Source of the DNA: Burkholderiales bacterium
Lineage (GTDB): Bacteria > Pseudomonadota > Gammaproteobacteria > Burkholderiales > Eutrophovitaceae
DNA: 64,000 nt
NCBI GenBank assembly: GCA_030834275.1
Contig: JAURFP010000003.1
Span: forward strand, 1,390 to 65,389
Direction of reading: 5' to 3'
Each line of letters begins with the position of its first letter. Position 1 is the stretch's first letter. The notes under the pieces were generated by a model that made no database searches, had not been told where the DNA came from, and saw nothing but the letters and a program-made list of their open reading frames with translations. This document shows positions 47,990-57,620 of this stretch, piece after piece. The position numbers were made by a program, and so were the translations under genes.

Positions 47990-48873
47990 AAAATATTCTT
48001 GAGATAAGGGATTTGATTGTAGGAATTGATTCCATACCGCCAACGTGGATTTTGCGGGAGGCTAATCTCTCGATTGGCGAGGGCCAAATTGTAGGTCTGG
48101 TTGGAGAATCTGGTGCTGGAAAAACCATGGTGAGCCGGGTGATTCTTGGTTTTACGCCGGAAGGGTCGCGAGTTTTTGGTGGAGAAATTCATTTTTGTGG
48201 GTCTAAAATTTCGGACCTAAATAGGGACTCAAGACCTTTTTTACTGGGTAAAGAGGTGACGTACATTCCACAGAATCCGATGACGGCACTAAATCCAGTT
48301 CAGAGAATTAATGATCAGATGACGGATGTTTTAATACGGTATTTGCAGCTAAAACCCCGCGATGCGACGAAGCGAGCAGTGTCTTTATTATCGGAAGTGC
48401 AAATCCATGACCCAGAAAAAGTATTGAAGCTCTACCCTCATCAACTTTCAGGCGGTATGCGCCAGCGAGTACTCATCGCGATAGCGTTTGCATGCAATCC
48501 CTCTTTGGTGATAGCCGATGAGCCAACAACTGCTCTTGATGTGACGGTCCAAAAAGAAATTTTAGGATTGATAAAGCGGATGCAATCGAGTCATGGAACA
48601 TCAATGCTTTTTATCAGCCATGATCTAGGGGTTGTCTCAAAGATTTGTGACGTCGTTAACGTCATGTACGGAGGACAAGTGCTGGAGACCCAGGAGGCTG
48701 ATGCGTTATTCAGCGCTCCCTCACACGTATACACAAAAGCGCTTTTATCAGCGACGCCGCGTTACGATCGACCCGGCGACTTACTTGAGCCTGTGTCTGA
48801 TCGTTTGGTGACCGAGATGGGCAAGACGATTTTATCTTGGGATAAAAGGGCCGAGGCATGCTTTTACAAGTAA
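47986..48873 (+). CDS. ABC transporter ATP-binding protein (DppD/OppD-like)
   Basis: 295 aa with Walker A GESGAGKT, signature LSGGMRQRV and Walker B LVIADEPTTALD. Confidence 0.92.
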   Translation: MKNILEIRDLIVGIDSIPPTWILREANLSIGEGQIVGLVGESGAGKTMVSRVILGFTPEGSRVFGGEIHFCGSKISDLNRDSRPFLLGKEVTYIPQNPMTALNPVQRINDQMTDVLIRYLQLKPRDATKRAVSLLSEVQIHDPEKVLKLYPHQLSGGMRQRVLIAIAFACNPSLVIADEPTTALDVTVQKEILGLIKRMQSSHGTSMLFISHDLGVVSKICDVVNVMYGGQVLETQEADALFSAPSHVYTKALLSATPRYDRPGDLLEPVSDRLVTEMGKTILSWDKRAEACFYK

Positions 48874-50435
48874 GAGATCTGTCGCTATCCCTCCGGGATA
48901 CTGAGAACTCTTGGTTTTGGTCGAGGGGCGAACATGTAAACATATTTAATGGGATCAATTTTGATATTGATCTGGGGCAGTCACTAGGTATCGTCGGAGA
49001 GAGTGGCTCAGGAAAGACTTCATTAGCAAAAACAATCACACGTCTTTACCAACCAAGTCGGGGAAGTTTGCTATTTGACGGTGTGGATATCTCCAGCTTG
49101 CGTGAGAATGAACTAGGGTCCTTTCGTTCCAAGGTTCAGTTTATTTTTCAGGATGCGTTATCTGCTTTGAATCCCAGGCAAACGATTGCGCAAATTATCT
49201 CGAACACCCTAATGAATTTTTCTATTGAAACCTCGAAATCTGCTGCTTTAACTCATGCAGGCGAGCTGTTAGATAGAGTTGGTTTGCCGAGGAGTTATCT
49301 CTCTCGCTATCCTCATCAGCTCTCTGGTGGCCAGAGGCAGCGCGTTGGTATTGCTCGCGCCATCGCCCCGAAACCTAAACTGATCGTAGCGGATGAAATT
49401 GTGTCTGGGTTGGACGTGTCCACTCAAGCTCAAATCCTGGCGCTACTCCGAGAGCTCCGCGAAGATGGATCCTTGATATTTATTAGTCACGACTTGTCGG
49501 TAGTTCGTGTTCTTTGTGACCATGTTTTAGTTTTACGAGAAGGGAAGCAAGAAGAGCTCGGAAAGACTGTGGAGCTATTTGATAATCCGCAGAGTCGGTA
49601 TACTCGTGATTTATTAGCCGCAATACCGCTCCCTGAATATGATCCAACTTGGTTGGATCGGGAGGTCGAGAGAAAAACTAGAGATACGGAGGAATGTATG
49701 AAAATTCAAGGGGCAGTTGTATTTGTTACAGGATCGAATCGAGGAATTGGTGCGGCGTTCGTACAAAATCTAATTTCGCGTGGGGCAAGCAAAATTTATA
49801 TTGCGGCCCGCGACACATCTAAACTCCAAAATTTAGTAAGCGAGAACGCCGGAAAATTGGTGCCAGTGGAGCTCGACATTACAAATGATCAGCAGATCGC
49901 GCGTGCGGTTGCCGGTGCCTCGGATGTTAATTTGTTGATTAACAATGCCGGGGTAAATGGCAACTCTGCTCTGATCTCTGCAAATGATCTAGCGAGCGCA
50001 AGGGATGAGTTGGACGTAAATTATTTTGGAACGTTGGCAATGTGTCGCGCGTTTGCCCCGGTTCTTAAAAAAAATGGCGGTGGTGCGATTATCAATATTT
50101 TATCTATCCTCTCACGAGTTAATTTGCCCGCATGTGGTTCTTACTGTGTTTCGAAATCTGCTGCGCTATCGATGACTCAAGGAGTCCGCGCAGAGCTGGC
50201 TGGACAGAAAACATTAGTGGTTGGAGTGATGCCGGGAGCGGTTGATACAGACATGGCAAAAAGTTTTGAGGGGCCGAAGGAAAACCCGAATGACGTAGCA
50301 AATGCCAGCCTAGATGCGGTCGAGCAAGGAACTGAAGATGTTTATCCAGGGGGGATGGCTCAAGGAGTGAGTCAAGGTCTGGCGGGGGATCCGAAAGCGG
50401 TGGAAAAGGAATTCGCTGCTTATCTGCCTGGTTGA
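48858..50435 (+). CDS. fusion protein: DppF/OppF-like ABC ATPase (about 1-270) plus complete classical SDR oxidoreductase (281-525)
   Basis: The N-terminal part has Walker A GESGSGKTS, LSGGQRQRV and LIVADE. The C-terminal part has TGSNRGIG, NNAG and YCVSK. No stop codon lies between them (checked codon by codon over 49620-49700). Confidence 0.85.
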   Translation: MLLQVRDLSLSLRDTENSWFWSRGEHVNIFNGINFDIDLGQSLGIVGESGSGKTSLAKTITRLYQPSRGSLLFDGVDISSLRENELGSFRSKVQFIFQDALSALNPRQTIAQIISNTLMNFSIETSKSAALTHAGELLDRVGLPRSYLSRYPHQLSGGQRQRVGIARAIAPKPKLIVADEIVSGLDVSTQAQILALLRELREDGSLIFISHDLSVVRVLCDHVLVLREGKQEELGKTVELFDNPQSRYTRDLLAAIPLPEYDPTWLDREVERKTRDTEECMKIQGAVVFVTGSNRGIGAAFVQNLISRGASKIYIAARDTSKLQNLVSENAGKLVPVELDITNDQQIARAVAGASDVNLLINNAGVNGNSALISANDLASARDELDVNYFGTLAMCRAFAPVLKKNGGGAIINILSILSRVNLPACGSYCVSKSAALSMTQGVRAELAGQKTLVVGVMPGAVDTDMAKSFEGPKENPNDVANASLDAVEQGTEDVYPGGMAQGVSQGLAGDPKAVEKEFAAYLPG

Positions 50436-50470
50436 AAGGCGCTAGAATCGCGACACGCAAACTATTACTC

Positions 50471-50689
50471 ATGAAAGCGCAGACGATGTTCAAAAATTTA
50501 GTTCGAATTGTAGTTTTTGTGGCAACTGTTTCAACGCCGTATGCTTTTTCTCATCCCGGGCACGGCGTATCAAGCGTATCGGCTTTTTGGCACCATCTAG
50601 CGGAGCCGATCCACGCAGCAACGCTGGTAGCAGCAGGGCTGGTGGCTGTTTTTGTCGTACAAATGCTGCGGCGCGATTCGAGGAACTAA
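50471..50689 (+). CDS. small His-rich membrane-anchored peptide resembling the N-terminal segment of HupE/UreJ proteins
   Basis: 72 aa from ATG 50471. It has a signal peptide ending AFS, a predicted mature N-terminus HPGHG...FWHHLAEPIH, and one C-terminal TM helix. A weak hairpin follows (50718-50734). Confidence 0.4.
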   Translation: MKAQTMFKNLVRIVVFVATVSTPYAFSHPGHGVSSVSAFWHHLAEPIHAATLVAAGLVAVFVVQMLRRDSRN

Positions 50690-50761
50690 ATTGAGACGAC
50701 TTAGTCGCAAAGTTAGACCCTCGTTTTTCGAGGGATGGTTTTATAAATTCAGGAGAATTTG

Positions 50762-51859
50762 ATGAATATTCGCGGTAGCTTAGCGCTCCCGGCAGTCCTC
50801 TCTTTTGTAATGGCTTTCGGGGTGGGTTGTTCGGACAAAGGTAACGATGTCTCTGGTGAGGCTCCAATGGCATATGTGACCAATCAAAATGGCGGTGTTA
50901 GCGTAATCGACTTGAACACATTTGAGGTGGTCTCAGAATACGATGTCGAAGGCAAAGGTCCGCGTGGTATTGGTATTACCAAGGACGGAAAGTCGATCAT
51001 CGTTGCGAACGTAGATGGTGGAGATGTTTCGATAATCGATCGCAAGTCTGGCGCGGTTATAAAGCATATTCCCATTGGAGAGAATCCGGAGTTTGTTCGG
51101 GTTATCGCTGGACGTGCTTACATTTCGTTCGAACCGGCATCGCTTGGGGGTCCTCCACCAAAGCCTGGTTCAGAGGAAGCGAAAAAACTCGAGGAAGAGC
51201 GTGAAGAAGACGATGCGGAGCCGGCTAAGATAGCCGTTGTGGATCTTGAGGCTGGTGAAGTTGCTGACGAGATCACGGGCGGAATGGAAACTGAGGGCAT
51301 CGAATTATCAGCGGACGGAACTAAATTAATCATTACGAATGAGGCAGATGAGAATATTACTGTTCATGATGTTGCGACCGGCGAGCTCTTAAAAACGATC
51401 AGCACGGAGAGTTATGGACATCGGCCGCGTGGCATCAAAGCAACGTCTGATGGAAAGATGTACGTCGGCAGCATTGAGTATGGAAATAAGCTCGTTGTAA
51501 TGGACGAAAACTTTGAGGTTGTGAGAACGGTTGACACAGGTGAGGTCCCATACGGTTTATCTTTCAATCGTGATGGATCGAGGTTATACGTCGCTCTTTC
51601 TAAGGGCAGGGCGTTACAGGTGTTTGACACTTCTACTTGGCAAGAAATCGCGCGAGGTGAGACGGGCAAGCGTTGCTGGCACTTCACATTCACGCCGGAT
51701 GAGAAAAATATCTTGGTAGCATGCGGACGCTCGGACGAAGTTGTGGTGCTCAACGCTGAGGACATGTCGGTCGTGAAGAGGCTCGAAGGATTTAAGATGC
51801 CTTGGGGTGTAGTGGCCTATCCTAAATCCACGGGAAGCTTGGATTCTACTTGGCAGTAA
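50762..51859 (+). CDS. YVTN-repeat beta-propeller lipoprotein
   Basis: AGGAG (50751-50755) precedes ATG 50762. It has a lipobox (AFGVGCSD), repeated YVTN-type blades (YVTNQNGGVSVIDL, IIVANVDGGDVSIID, LIITNEADENITVHD, LYVALSKGRALQVFD) and an acidic insert (EEAKKLEEEREEDDAE). Confidence 0.7.
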   Translation: MNIRGSLALPAVLSFVMAFGVGCSDKGNDVSGEAPMAYVTNQNGGVSVIDLNTFEVVSEYDVEGKGPRGIGITKDGKSIIVANVDGGDVSIIDRKSGAVIKHIPIGENPEFVRVIAGRAYISFEPASLGGPPPKPGSEEAKKLEEEREEDDAEPAKIAVVDLEAGEVADEITGGMETEGIELSADGTKLIITNEADENITVHDVATGELLKTISTESYGHRPRGIKATSDGKMYVGSIEYGNKLVVMDENFEVVRTVDTGEVPYGLSFNRDGSRLYVALSKGRALQVFDTSTWQEIARGETGKRCWHFTFTPDEKNILVACGRSDEVVVLNAEDMSVVKRLEGFKMPWGVVAYPKSTGSLDSTWQ

Positions 51860-51878
51860 AATAAATTTTTACTTCCGT

Positions 51879-51909
51879 AAAAGCTCTGCGATCGCAGAGC
51901 TTTTTTTTT
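51879..51909 (+). terminator. rho-independent terminator
   Basis: GCTCTGCGATCGCAGAGC perfect palindrome (51883-51900) followed by nine T. Confidence 0.85.
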
Positions 51910-51974
51910 ATCTAAGCTGTTAAGCTTATGCTGTCATCTATTATTAGAGATTATTTCTATTTTGTGAGGTTGGC

Positions 51975-52742
51975 ATGGGGCGTTTGAAAAATAAAGTTGT
52001 ACTGATAACAGGTGCAACTAGTGGAATTGGAGAAGCGGCAGCACTTAGATTTGTAAATGAGGGAGCTAAGGTCTTCCTTACAGGAAGGCGGGAGGATGTT
52101 CTTTCATTGTTAACAGAAAAACTTGGAAAGGAGTCCGCTGATTTTTTGGCTGGAGATATTTCGAAAGAGAATGTTAATCGTGAGATTGTAGAGGCATGTC
52201 TAAAAAAGTTTGGTCGCTTGGATGTAACTCTTTTAAATGCGGGAACTGAGGGAGCAGCTGCGCCAATCCCAGACTATCCAATAGAGGCATTCGACGAATT
52301 AATGGCGATTAATGTGAGAGGAGTTTTTCTCGGGTTGAAATATTCGATCCCAGCTATGACTCAATCTGGGGGAAGTATTGTGATTACCTCGTCAATCGCT
52401 GGATTAAAGGCGCGAGGGCTTGGTAACTCAGCCTACGTTGCTAGCAAGCATGCAGAAATTGGTTTGATGCGAACAGCCGCCATGGAGAATGCTCGGAATG
52501 GAATCCGTGTTAACTGTGTGTTACCGGGGCCGACTGAAACACGAATGATGCGTGCCATCGAATCAAACCGATCTCCAGGAGCGCCAGAAAAAGCCAAGGA
52601 GGAGGTGATGGCTGGGCTCCCGATAGGACGGTATGGAACAGTTGAGGAGGTTACAAACCTCATTCTTTTTTTAGCGTCGGACGAGTCTAGTGTATGTACC
52701 GGTGGGGTGTATACCGCCGATGGTGGCTTGTCTGCATATTGA
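51975..52742 (+). CDS. SDR oxidoreductase
   Basis: 255 aa with TGATSGIG, NAGT and YVASKHA (YxxxK). Confidence 0.88.
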   Translation: MGRLKNKVVLITGATSGIGEAAALRFVNEGAKVFLTGRREDVLSLLTEKLGKESADFLAGDISKENVNREIVEACLKKFGRLDVTLLNAGTEGAAAPIPDYPIEAFDELMAINVRGVFLGLKYSIPAMTQSGGSIVITSSIAGLKARGLGNSAYVASKHAEIGLMRTAAMENARNGIRVNCVLPGPTETRMMRAIESNRSPGAPEKAKEEVMAGLPIGRYGTVEEVTNLILFLASDESSVCTGGVYTADGGLSAY

Positions 52743-52757
52743 CCCGTAAGGTTACCG

Positions 52758-53603
52758 ATGAAAACTGACGCAGTATTTGATAAGGAGCTTGGCGCTCACT
52801 ATAGCAAACCGGGGCTACTCAACCGTATCCTCTCAGCGTTAGAGCAAGCTGGTGTCAACTTGAACGCTGCATCCTCCGACGATTTCTCGCCGTTTGCAGA
52901 GTTTCACATAGGGGGTGCGGGTGCGACTCGGGAGCTTGGGCGATTGGCCTCCCTTCGCGCGGGTCAGTTGGTCATCGATATTGGTAGTGGATTAGGAGGG
53001 CCTGCTCGAACATTGGCCGAGCAGTTTGACGTTCGCGTCAAAGGAATAGATCTCACGGAAGAGTACTGCTCTGTAGCAACAGAGTTAACAAAAATAGTTG
53101 GTCTCGGCGCTCGTGTGAGTTTTGAACACGGGAACGCGCTGAACCTTCCTTTTGAGGACGCAGCATATGATGTGGCGTGGACACAGCAATCGTGTATGAA
53201 TATCGCAAGTAAAGATCAGATGATTGCGGAGGTATCACGTATTTTAAAAAGTGGCGGAACCTTTGTGTTTCAAGAGGTGCTTGCAGGCGAAAATCCTGAG
53301 CCACTATTAATTCCGGTGCCCTGGGCCAGTGATGCTGGTATGAGTTTTCTTTGGACGCCAAAGGATATAAAAAAACTTATAGAGGATCATGGATTTATTG
53401 AAAAAAAGTGGATTGATGTAACGCCGAAGTACATTGAAGAATACCGAGCACTCGCAGCGAAAACTGCGGATACTAATGTGCGTCCCATCCTTGGTGCGCA
53501 TCTCATGCTAGGCGATCGTTCAGGTGAAATGCGAAAGAACGTCGTTAAAAACTTAGAAACGGATCGCATAAAAGTTTATCAAGGTGTTTTTATGAAAGAT
53601 TGA
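52758..53603 (+). CDS. class I SAM-dependent methyltransferase
   Basis: 281 aa with SAM motif I VIDIGSGLGGPARTLAE, an acidic post-I residue (GIDLT) and motif III-like ILKSGGTFVF. Confidence 0.8.
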   Translation: MKTDAVFDKELGAHYSKPGLLNRILSALEQAGVNLNAASSDDFSPFAEFHIGGAGATRELGRLASLRAGQLVIDIGSGLGGPARTLAEQFDVRVKGIDLTEEYCSVATELTKIVGLGARVSFEHGNALNLPFEDAAYDVAWTQQSCMNIASKDQMIAEVSRILKSGGTFVFQEVLAGENPEPLLIPVPWASDAGMSFLWTPKDIKKLIEDHGFIEKKWIDVTPKYIEEYRALAAKTADTNVRPILGAHLMLGDRSGEMRKNVVKNLETDRIKVYQGVFMKD

Positions 53604-53745
53604 TCATGGAGGTGCAAGTAAATGCATTCTCCAGATGGCGAAGTTGCTTGCAAAGAACGTAGTCGCGTTTGCGAGAGTTTCTAAGAGAAACGGTCTCCTA
53701 AATTTTCTGGTAGCTAGTATGCTCCCGCGCTCCTGAAAAGCACAA

Positions 53746-55857
53746 TTAGTTTGACTTCGGTCCTGGAGGTAAACCCGTGTGTGTTGTCCTAAAGGATTTG
53801 TATTTTGTTGGTTTCCTAGAACCCTCGGGTCTGAATCCAGTTCCCTTCGGTTGAAAATTGGGGATCAAATGCTTTTTTCCGGGACCAATTAAGTCTGCTC
53901 TCCCCATTTTTTTTAGAGCGTCGCGGAGCATGGGCCAATTTTCGGGGTCGTGGTAGCGTAAAAATGCCTTGTGTAGACGTCGCCTTCGAAGACCTTTTGG
54001 AATTAAAACGGGCTCGCTATCTTGCGTAACCTTTCTGAGTGGATTCTTCTCTGAGTGATACATGGCAGTTGCGAGTGCCATCGGGGAAGGAAGAAAAGCT
54101 TGTACTTGATCGGCTCGGAATCCATTTTTTTTCAACCAAAGCGCAAGCTCCAACATATCCTGATCGCTGGTTCCCGGATGTGCTGCGATGAAGTACGGAA
54201 TGAGATATTGTTCTTTGCCAACTTGTTTTGAGTAGCGATCGAACAACTCTTTGAAACGATAGTAGGTGCCAACCCCTGGCTTCATCATTTTCGAGAGAGG
54301 GCCCTCACCAATCGCTTCAGGGGCAATTTTCAAATAGCCTCCAACATGGTGTTGGGCTAATTCCCGAACATACTCAGGGGACTCGATCGCCAGGTCATAT
54401 CTGACTCCGGATCCAATTAGCACCTTCTTAATTCCTGGTAGATTGCGAATGCGTTGATACAGAGCGATGAGTGGTGCGTGATTTGTATTTAGGTTTTTAC
54501 ATACTCCTGGATAGACGCAGGACAGTTTCCTGCACGAGGATTCAATTTTTGGGCTCTTACAAGCGAGGCGATACATATTTGCGGTGGGGCCACCGAGGTC
54601 AGAAATAACTCCCGTAAAGTCGTCGGTTTTATCTCGAATGAGTTCGACTTCGCGCGTTACCGAATCTTCCGAGCGATTCTGGATGATCCTCCCTTCGTGC
54701 TCCGTGATTGAGCAGAAAGTGCATCCACCGAAACAACCGCGTTGTATCGTGACGGAGAATCGAATCATGTCAAACGCTGGAATTTTTTTGTTACCGTAGA
54801 TGGGATGCGGTTTTCTCGCATAAGGTAGTTCGTAAATCCCATCCATTTCCTCGGTGGAGAGCGGTATGGCAGGCGGGTTGATCCAAATTTCTCTGTCGCC
54901 ATGTCGCTGCAGTAAGACTCGAGCATTTCCCGGATTAGATTCCAAGTGCAGCACCCTTGATGTGTGAGCGTACATCACTGGGTCATGCTCGACGACCTCA
55001 TAGTCTGGCAGTCTTATAACCGTTTTATCTCTGGGCGAACGTATTTTTTGTTCAGTTGGTTCATACGTTTTGATTTCACTAGCTTGCGATTTTTTCTCAA
55101 TAACCGCATAGGGATCAACGGGTTTATGAATTTCACCTGGGGTATCAATTAGCGTTGAATCTTGGATAACCCAATCACCAGAAATTTGCTTTAACGAAAC
55201 TGCGGTGCCACGAATATCGGTGATGTCCCTGCATTTTTCGCCACTCGCGATGCGGTGCGCGAGTTCTACGAGGGCACGTTCTGCATTTCCAAAAAGAAGG
55301 ATGTCCGCCTTGGCATCCAGCAAAACGGATCGTCTGACTTTTTCCGACCAATAGTCAAAGTGAGCGATGCGTCTTAAACTGGCTTCAATACCACCGAGCA
55401 CAATCGGGGAAGATTTATATGCTTGGCGTACACGTTGACTATAAACAATCACGCTGCGGTCAGGTCGTTTTCCAGCTTCTGCATCTGGCGTATACGCATC
55501 GTCGGTTCGGATTTTTTTATCCGATGTATAACGATTGACCATCGAATCCATATTGCCAGCGGTGATTCCAAAGAATAATTTCGGCTCTCCCAGAACCTTA
55601 AATGCTTCTACATCATTCCAGTCGGGCTGAGCGATGATCCCTACGCGAAACCCCTGACTCTCAAGTAGGCGACCGATGATGGCCATGCCGAAGCTCGGGT
55701 GGTCCACGTAAGCGTCCCCAGTCACAATAATAATGTCACATTGGTCCCAGCCTAGGTTAACCATTTCCTCACGAGACATCGGAAGAAACTGAGCAGTCCC
55801 AAAGCGACTGGCCCAATATTTTTTATATTGGAAGATGTTCGACGGCGTTGCTCTCAT
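53746..55857 (-). CDS. ygiQ: YgiQ-family radical SAM protein (UPF0313)
   Basis: 703 aa. The N-terminus is closely similar to E. coli YgiQ ([57 protein letters not shown]). The radical-SAM cysteine motif is CFGGCTFC. Confidence 0.85.
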   Translation of the reverse strand: MRATPSNIFQYKKYWASRFGTAQFLPMSREEMVNLGWDQCDIIIVTGDAYVDHPSFGMAIIGRLLESQGFRVGIIAQPDWNDVEAFKVLGEPKLFFGITAGNMDSMVNRYTSDKKIRTDDAYTPDAEAGKRPDRSVIVYSQRVRQAYKSSPIVLGGIEASLRRIAHFDYWSEKVRRSVLLDAKADILLFGNAERALVELAHRIASGEKCRDITDIRGTAVSLKQISGDWVIQDSTLIDTPGEIHKPVDPYAVIEKKSQASEIKTYEPTEQKIRSPRDKTVIRLPDYEVVEHDPVMYAHTSRVLHLESNPGNARVLLQRHGDREIWINPPAIPLSTEEMDGIYELPYARKPHPIYGNKKIPAFDMIRFSVTIQRGCFGGCTFCSITEHEGRIIQNRSEDSVTREVELIRDKTDDFTGVISDLGGPTANMYRLACKSPKIESSCRKLSCVYPGVCKNLNTNHAPLIALYQRIRNLPGIKKVLIGSGVRYDLAIESPEYVRELAQHHVGGYLKIAPEAIGEGPLSKMMKPGVGTYYRFKELFDRYSKQVGKEQYLIPYFIAAHPGTSDQDMLELALWLKKNGFRADQVQAFLPSPMALATAMYHSEKNPLRKVTQDSEPVLIPKGLRRRRLHKAFLRYHDPENWPMLRDALKKMGRADLIGPGKKHLIPNFQPKGTGFRPEGSRKPTKYKSFRTTHTGLPPGPKSN

Positions 55858-55924
55858 GATTTTTAAAGGTTACGCGTTAGGTGTAAGTGTACGGCATTGA
55901 GGTATGCGGCGTGATTACATTGAC

Positions 55925-56452
55925 TTAAAGTATTTTCCATTCCCCAGGCTGTAGGTCGTGCAGACAGTACTTACCTACCGACACACGGACCAATCGTAGG
56001 GTGGGATATCCAACGGCGGCGGTCATTTTCCGCACCTGCCGATTTCTTCCTTCAGTGATCGTCAACTCAATCCAGCTGGTTGGGATTGATTTCCTGAATC
56101 GTATGGGCGGATTGCGATCCCACAAATCTGGCTCACTTAGTTTTTTTACCTTTGCTGGAAGCGTTATTTTTTTCTCGATTAATACCCCCCGAGAGAGTTG
56201 TGCGATTGCTTCCTCGGTGGGTTCTCCTTCGACTTGGGACCAATACGTTTTTGGTTTCTTATTTTTCGGGTTAGCAAGTAAATGTTGAAGACGACCATCA
56301 TCTGTTAAGACAAGCAAACCCTCGCTGTCGTAATCAAGGCGTCCAGCAGGATAGACATTTTTTAAATCGATATATTCCGATAGTGTGGGTCTGCCAGAGT
56401 CGTCGGTGAACTGAGAGAGGACGCAGTAGGGTTTATTAAATAATACGATCAA
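55925..56452 (-). CDS. rluE: 23S rRNA pseudouridine synthase RluE-like
   Basis: 175 aa with TTG start. Blocks LFNKPYCVLSQFTD, AGRLDYDSEGLLVLT and IPTSWIELTITEGRNRQVRKMTAAVGYPTLRLVR closely parallel E. coli RluE. Confidence 0.85.
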   Translation of the reverse strand: MIVLFNKPYCVLSQFTDDSGRPTLSEYIDLKNVYPAGRLDYDSEGLLVLTDDGRLQHLLANPKNKKPKTYWSQVEGEPTEEAIAQLSRGVLIEKKITLPAKVKKLSEPDLWDRNPPIRFRKSIPTSWIELTITEGRNRQVRKMTAAVGYPTLRLVRVSVGKYCLHDLQPGEWKIL

Positions 56453-56592
56453 TCTAACTTCCTTTTGTTGTAACTTGCTTGGGTTTGCTACAGAGCTGAT
56501 TCTAATTGCGATAAACTATCATCTCATCGATCGTGTCGCATAAGTGTGTTTCGGTCAGCATTTATTATTTTAGTAAAGAGATTTAGATAAAT

Positions 56593-57099
56593 ATGCTTTT
56601 CAATAGATTTGTACTTAGAGCTAAAGTCATTGGGGCTGCCCTTGTGCTTTCGGTAAATGGAATTGTGATTCAATCGGCCTCAGCTGCCGGCTCGGTAGCC
56701 ATGCAGGCAGAAAGCCTGATGAAGCTCGCGCCTCAGGCTTACAACATGGGTATGCGTAACGGGGACCCAGCTAAATGGAATCAGTATTTTGAGTCAAAGG
56801 TACGGCGAACTGCCCCAGGGATTATTGTCGAAGGAGAGGCGGCTCTTCAGGCATACAACCAATGGGAGTTCGATACATTTAACGCAAAGTGGGTGACAAA
56901 GCGAATTACAGTTCACGATCTCGTCGGAGCAATGGAATACGAGTGGTCTGCGACCCATAAACCGTCTGGGGATAAGGTCAAGATTGATGGCGTGGCGATG
57001 TTTGAACTCGGCATGAGTGGAAAGGTCAAAAATATAGATTTTTATTTTGACAGTGCTGGTGTAGACAAGTACTTTCAAAGCGCACCTGGAAGAAAGTAA
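56593..57099 (+). CDS. secreted NTF2/SnoaL-like hypothetical protein
   Basis: 168 aa with a signal peptide (…IQSASAAG). Size and pattern are compatible with an NTF2-like fold, but the assignment is weak. Confidence 0.5.
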   Translation: MLFNRFVLRAKVIGAALVLSVNGIVIQSASAAGSVAMQAESLMKLAPQAYNMGMRNGDPAKWNQYFESKVRRTAPGIIVEGEAALQAYNQWEFDTFNAKWVTKRITVHDLVGAMEYEWSATHKPSGDKVKIDGVAMFELGMSGKVKNIDFYFDSAGVDKYFQSAPGRK

Positions 57100-57122
57100 A
57101 AGTGGATATATCGAGGTAATTT

Positions 57123-57554
57123 ATGGAAAAATTTTTTAAATTATTTTTCAGTTCTGTCACCGCTTTAGCTTTGATGATCCCGGTTGGGGCTGTGTATTCG
57201 GAGGAGACTGATACGTGTTCGCGGGATGAGAATTGGATTGAGTGCCGTGCGGAGCAGGGGGATTTACTCGCGATTTACAAGGTTGCACGAGAATCCTATG
57301 ACAAAGCCTACGACCAAGTTAAGTCGACGGGGTTAGCTGATTTTACGGTTCCCCTTAGTTATGGTCGTCAGCTGGTTGATAGCAAAGAGCGCAATGGAAA
57401 GCGATTGCTGAAAATGGTTCATCTTCAATTAAGCTGGGGTAACCATGTGAATCGCGATCAGGCGCTGCAGTGGCTGAAGGAAGACTACGAACAGCGAAAA
57501 TTAGATTATCTGCCGGTGCTTATAAATAGACTGGCCCCAGGACAGGTGAATTGA
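57123..57554 (+). CDS. secreted hypothetical protein
   Basis: 143 aa with a signal peptide and a Cys pair in CSRDENWIEC. No family is recognised. Confidence 0.45.
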   Translation: MEKFFKLFFSSVTALALMIPVGAVYSEETDTCSRDENWIECRAEQGDLLAIYKVARESYDKAYDQVKSTGLADFTVPLSYGRQLVDSKERNGKRLLKMVHLQLSWGNHVNRDQALQWLKEDYEQRKLDYLPVLINRLAPGQVN

Positions 57555-57569
57555 TCTCGGCTCGAGAAT

Positions 57570-57598
57570 AAAAAAGGCAGCCACTGGCTGCCTTTTTT
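57570..57598. terminator. bidirectional rho-independent terminator between convergent genes
   Basis: GGCAGCC-ACT-GGCTGCC hairpin (57576-57592), flanked by an A-run upstream and a T-run downstream. Confidence 0.8.
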
Positions 57599-57620
57599 AT
57601 TACGTAAGAATCTAGTAACG

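Noticed and set aside
47875-48192. 105-aa minus-strand ORF across the dppC/dppD-like junction
   Set aside because: It is antisense to two motif-supported ABC genes that overlap by 4 nt, so it is a chance ORF.
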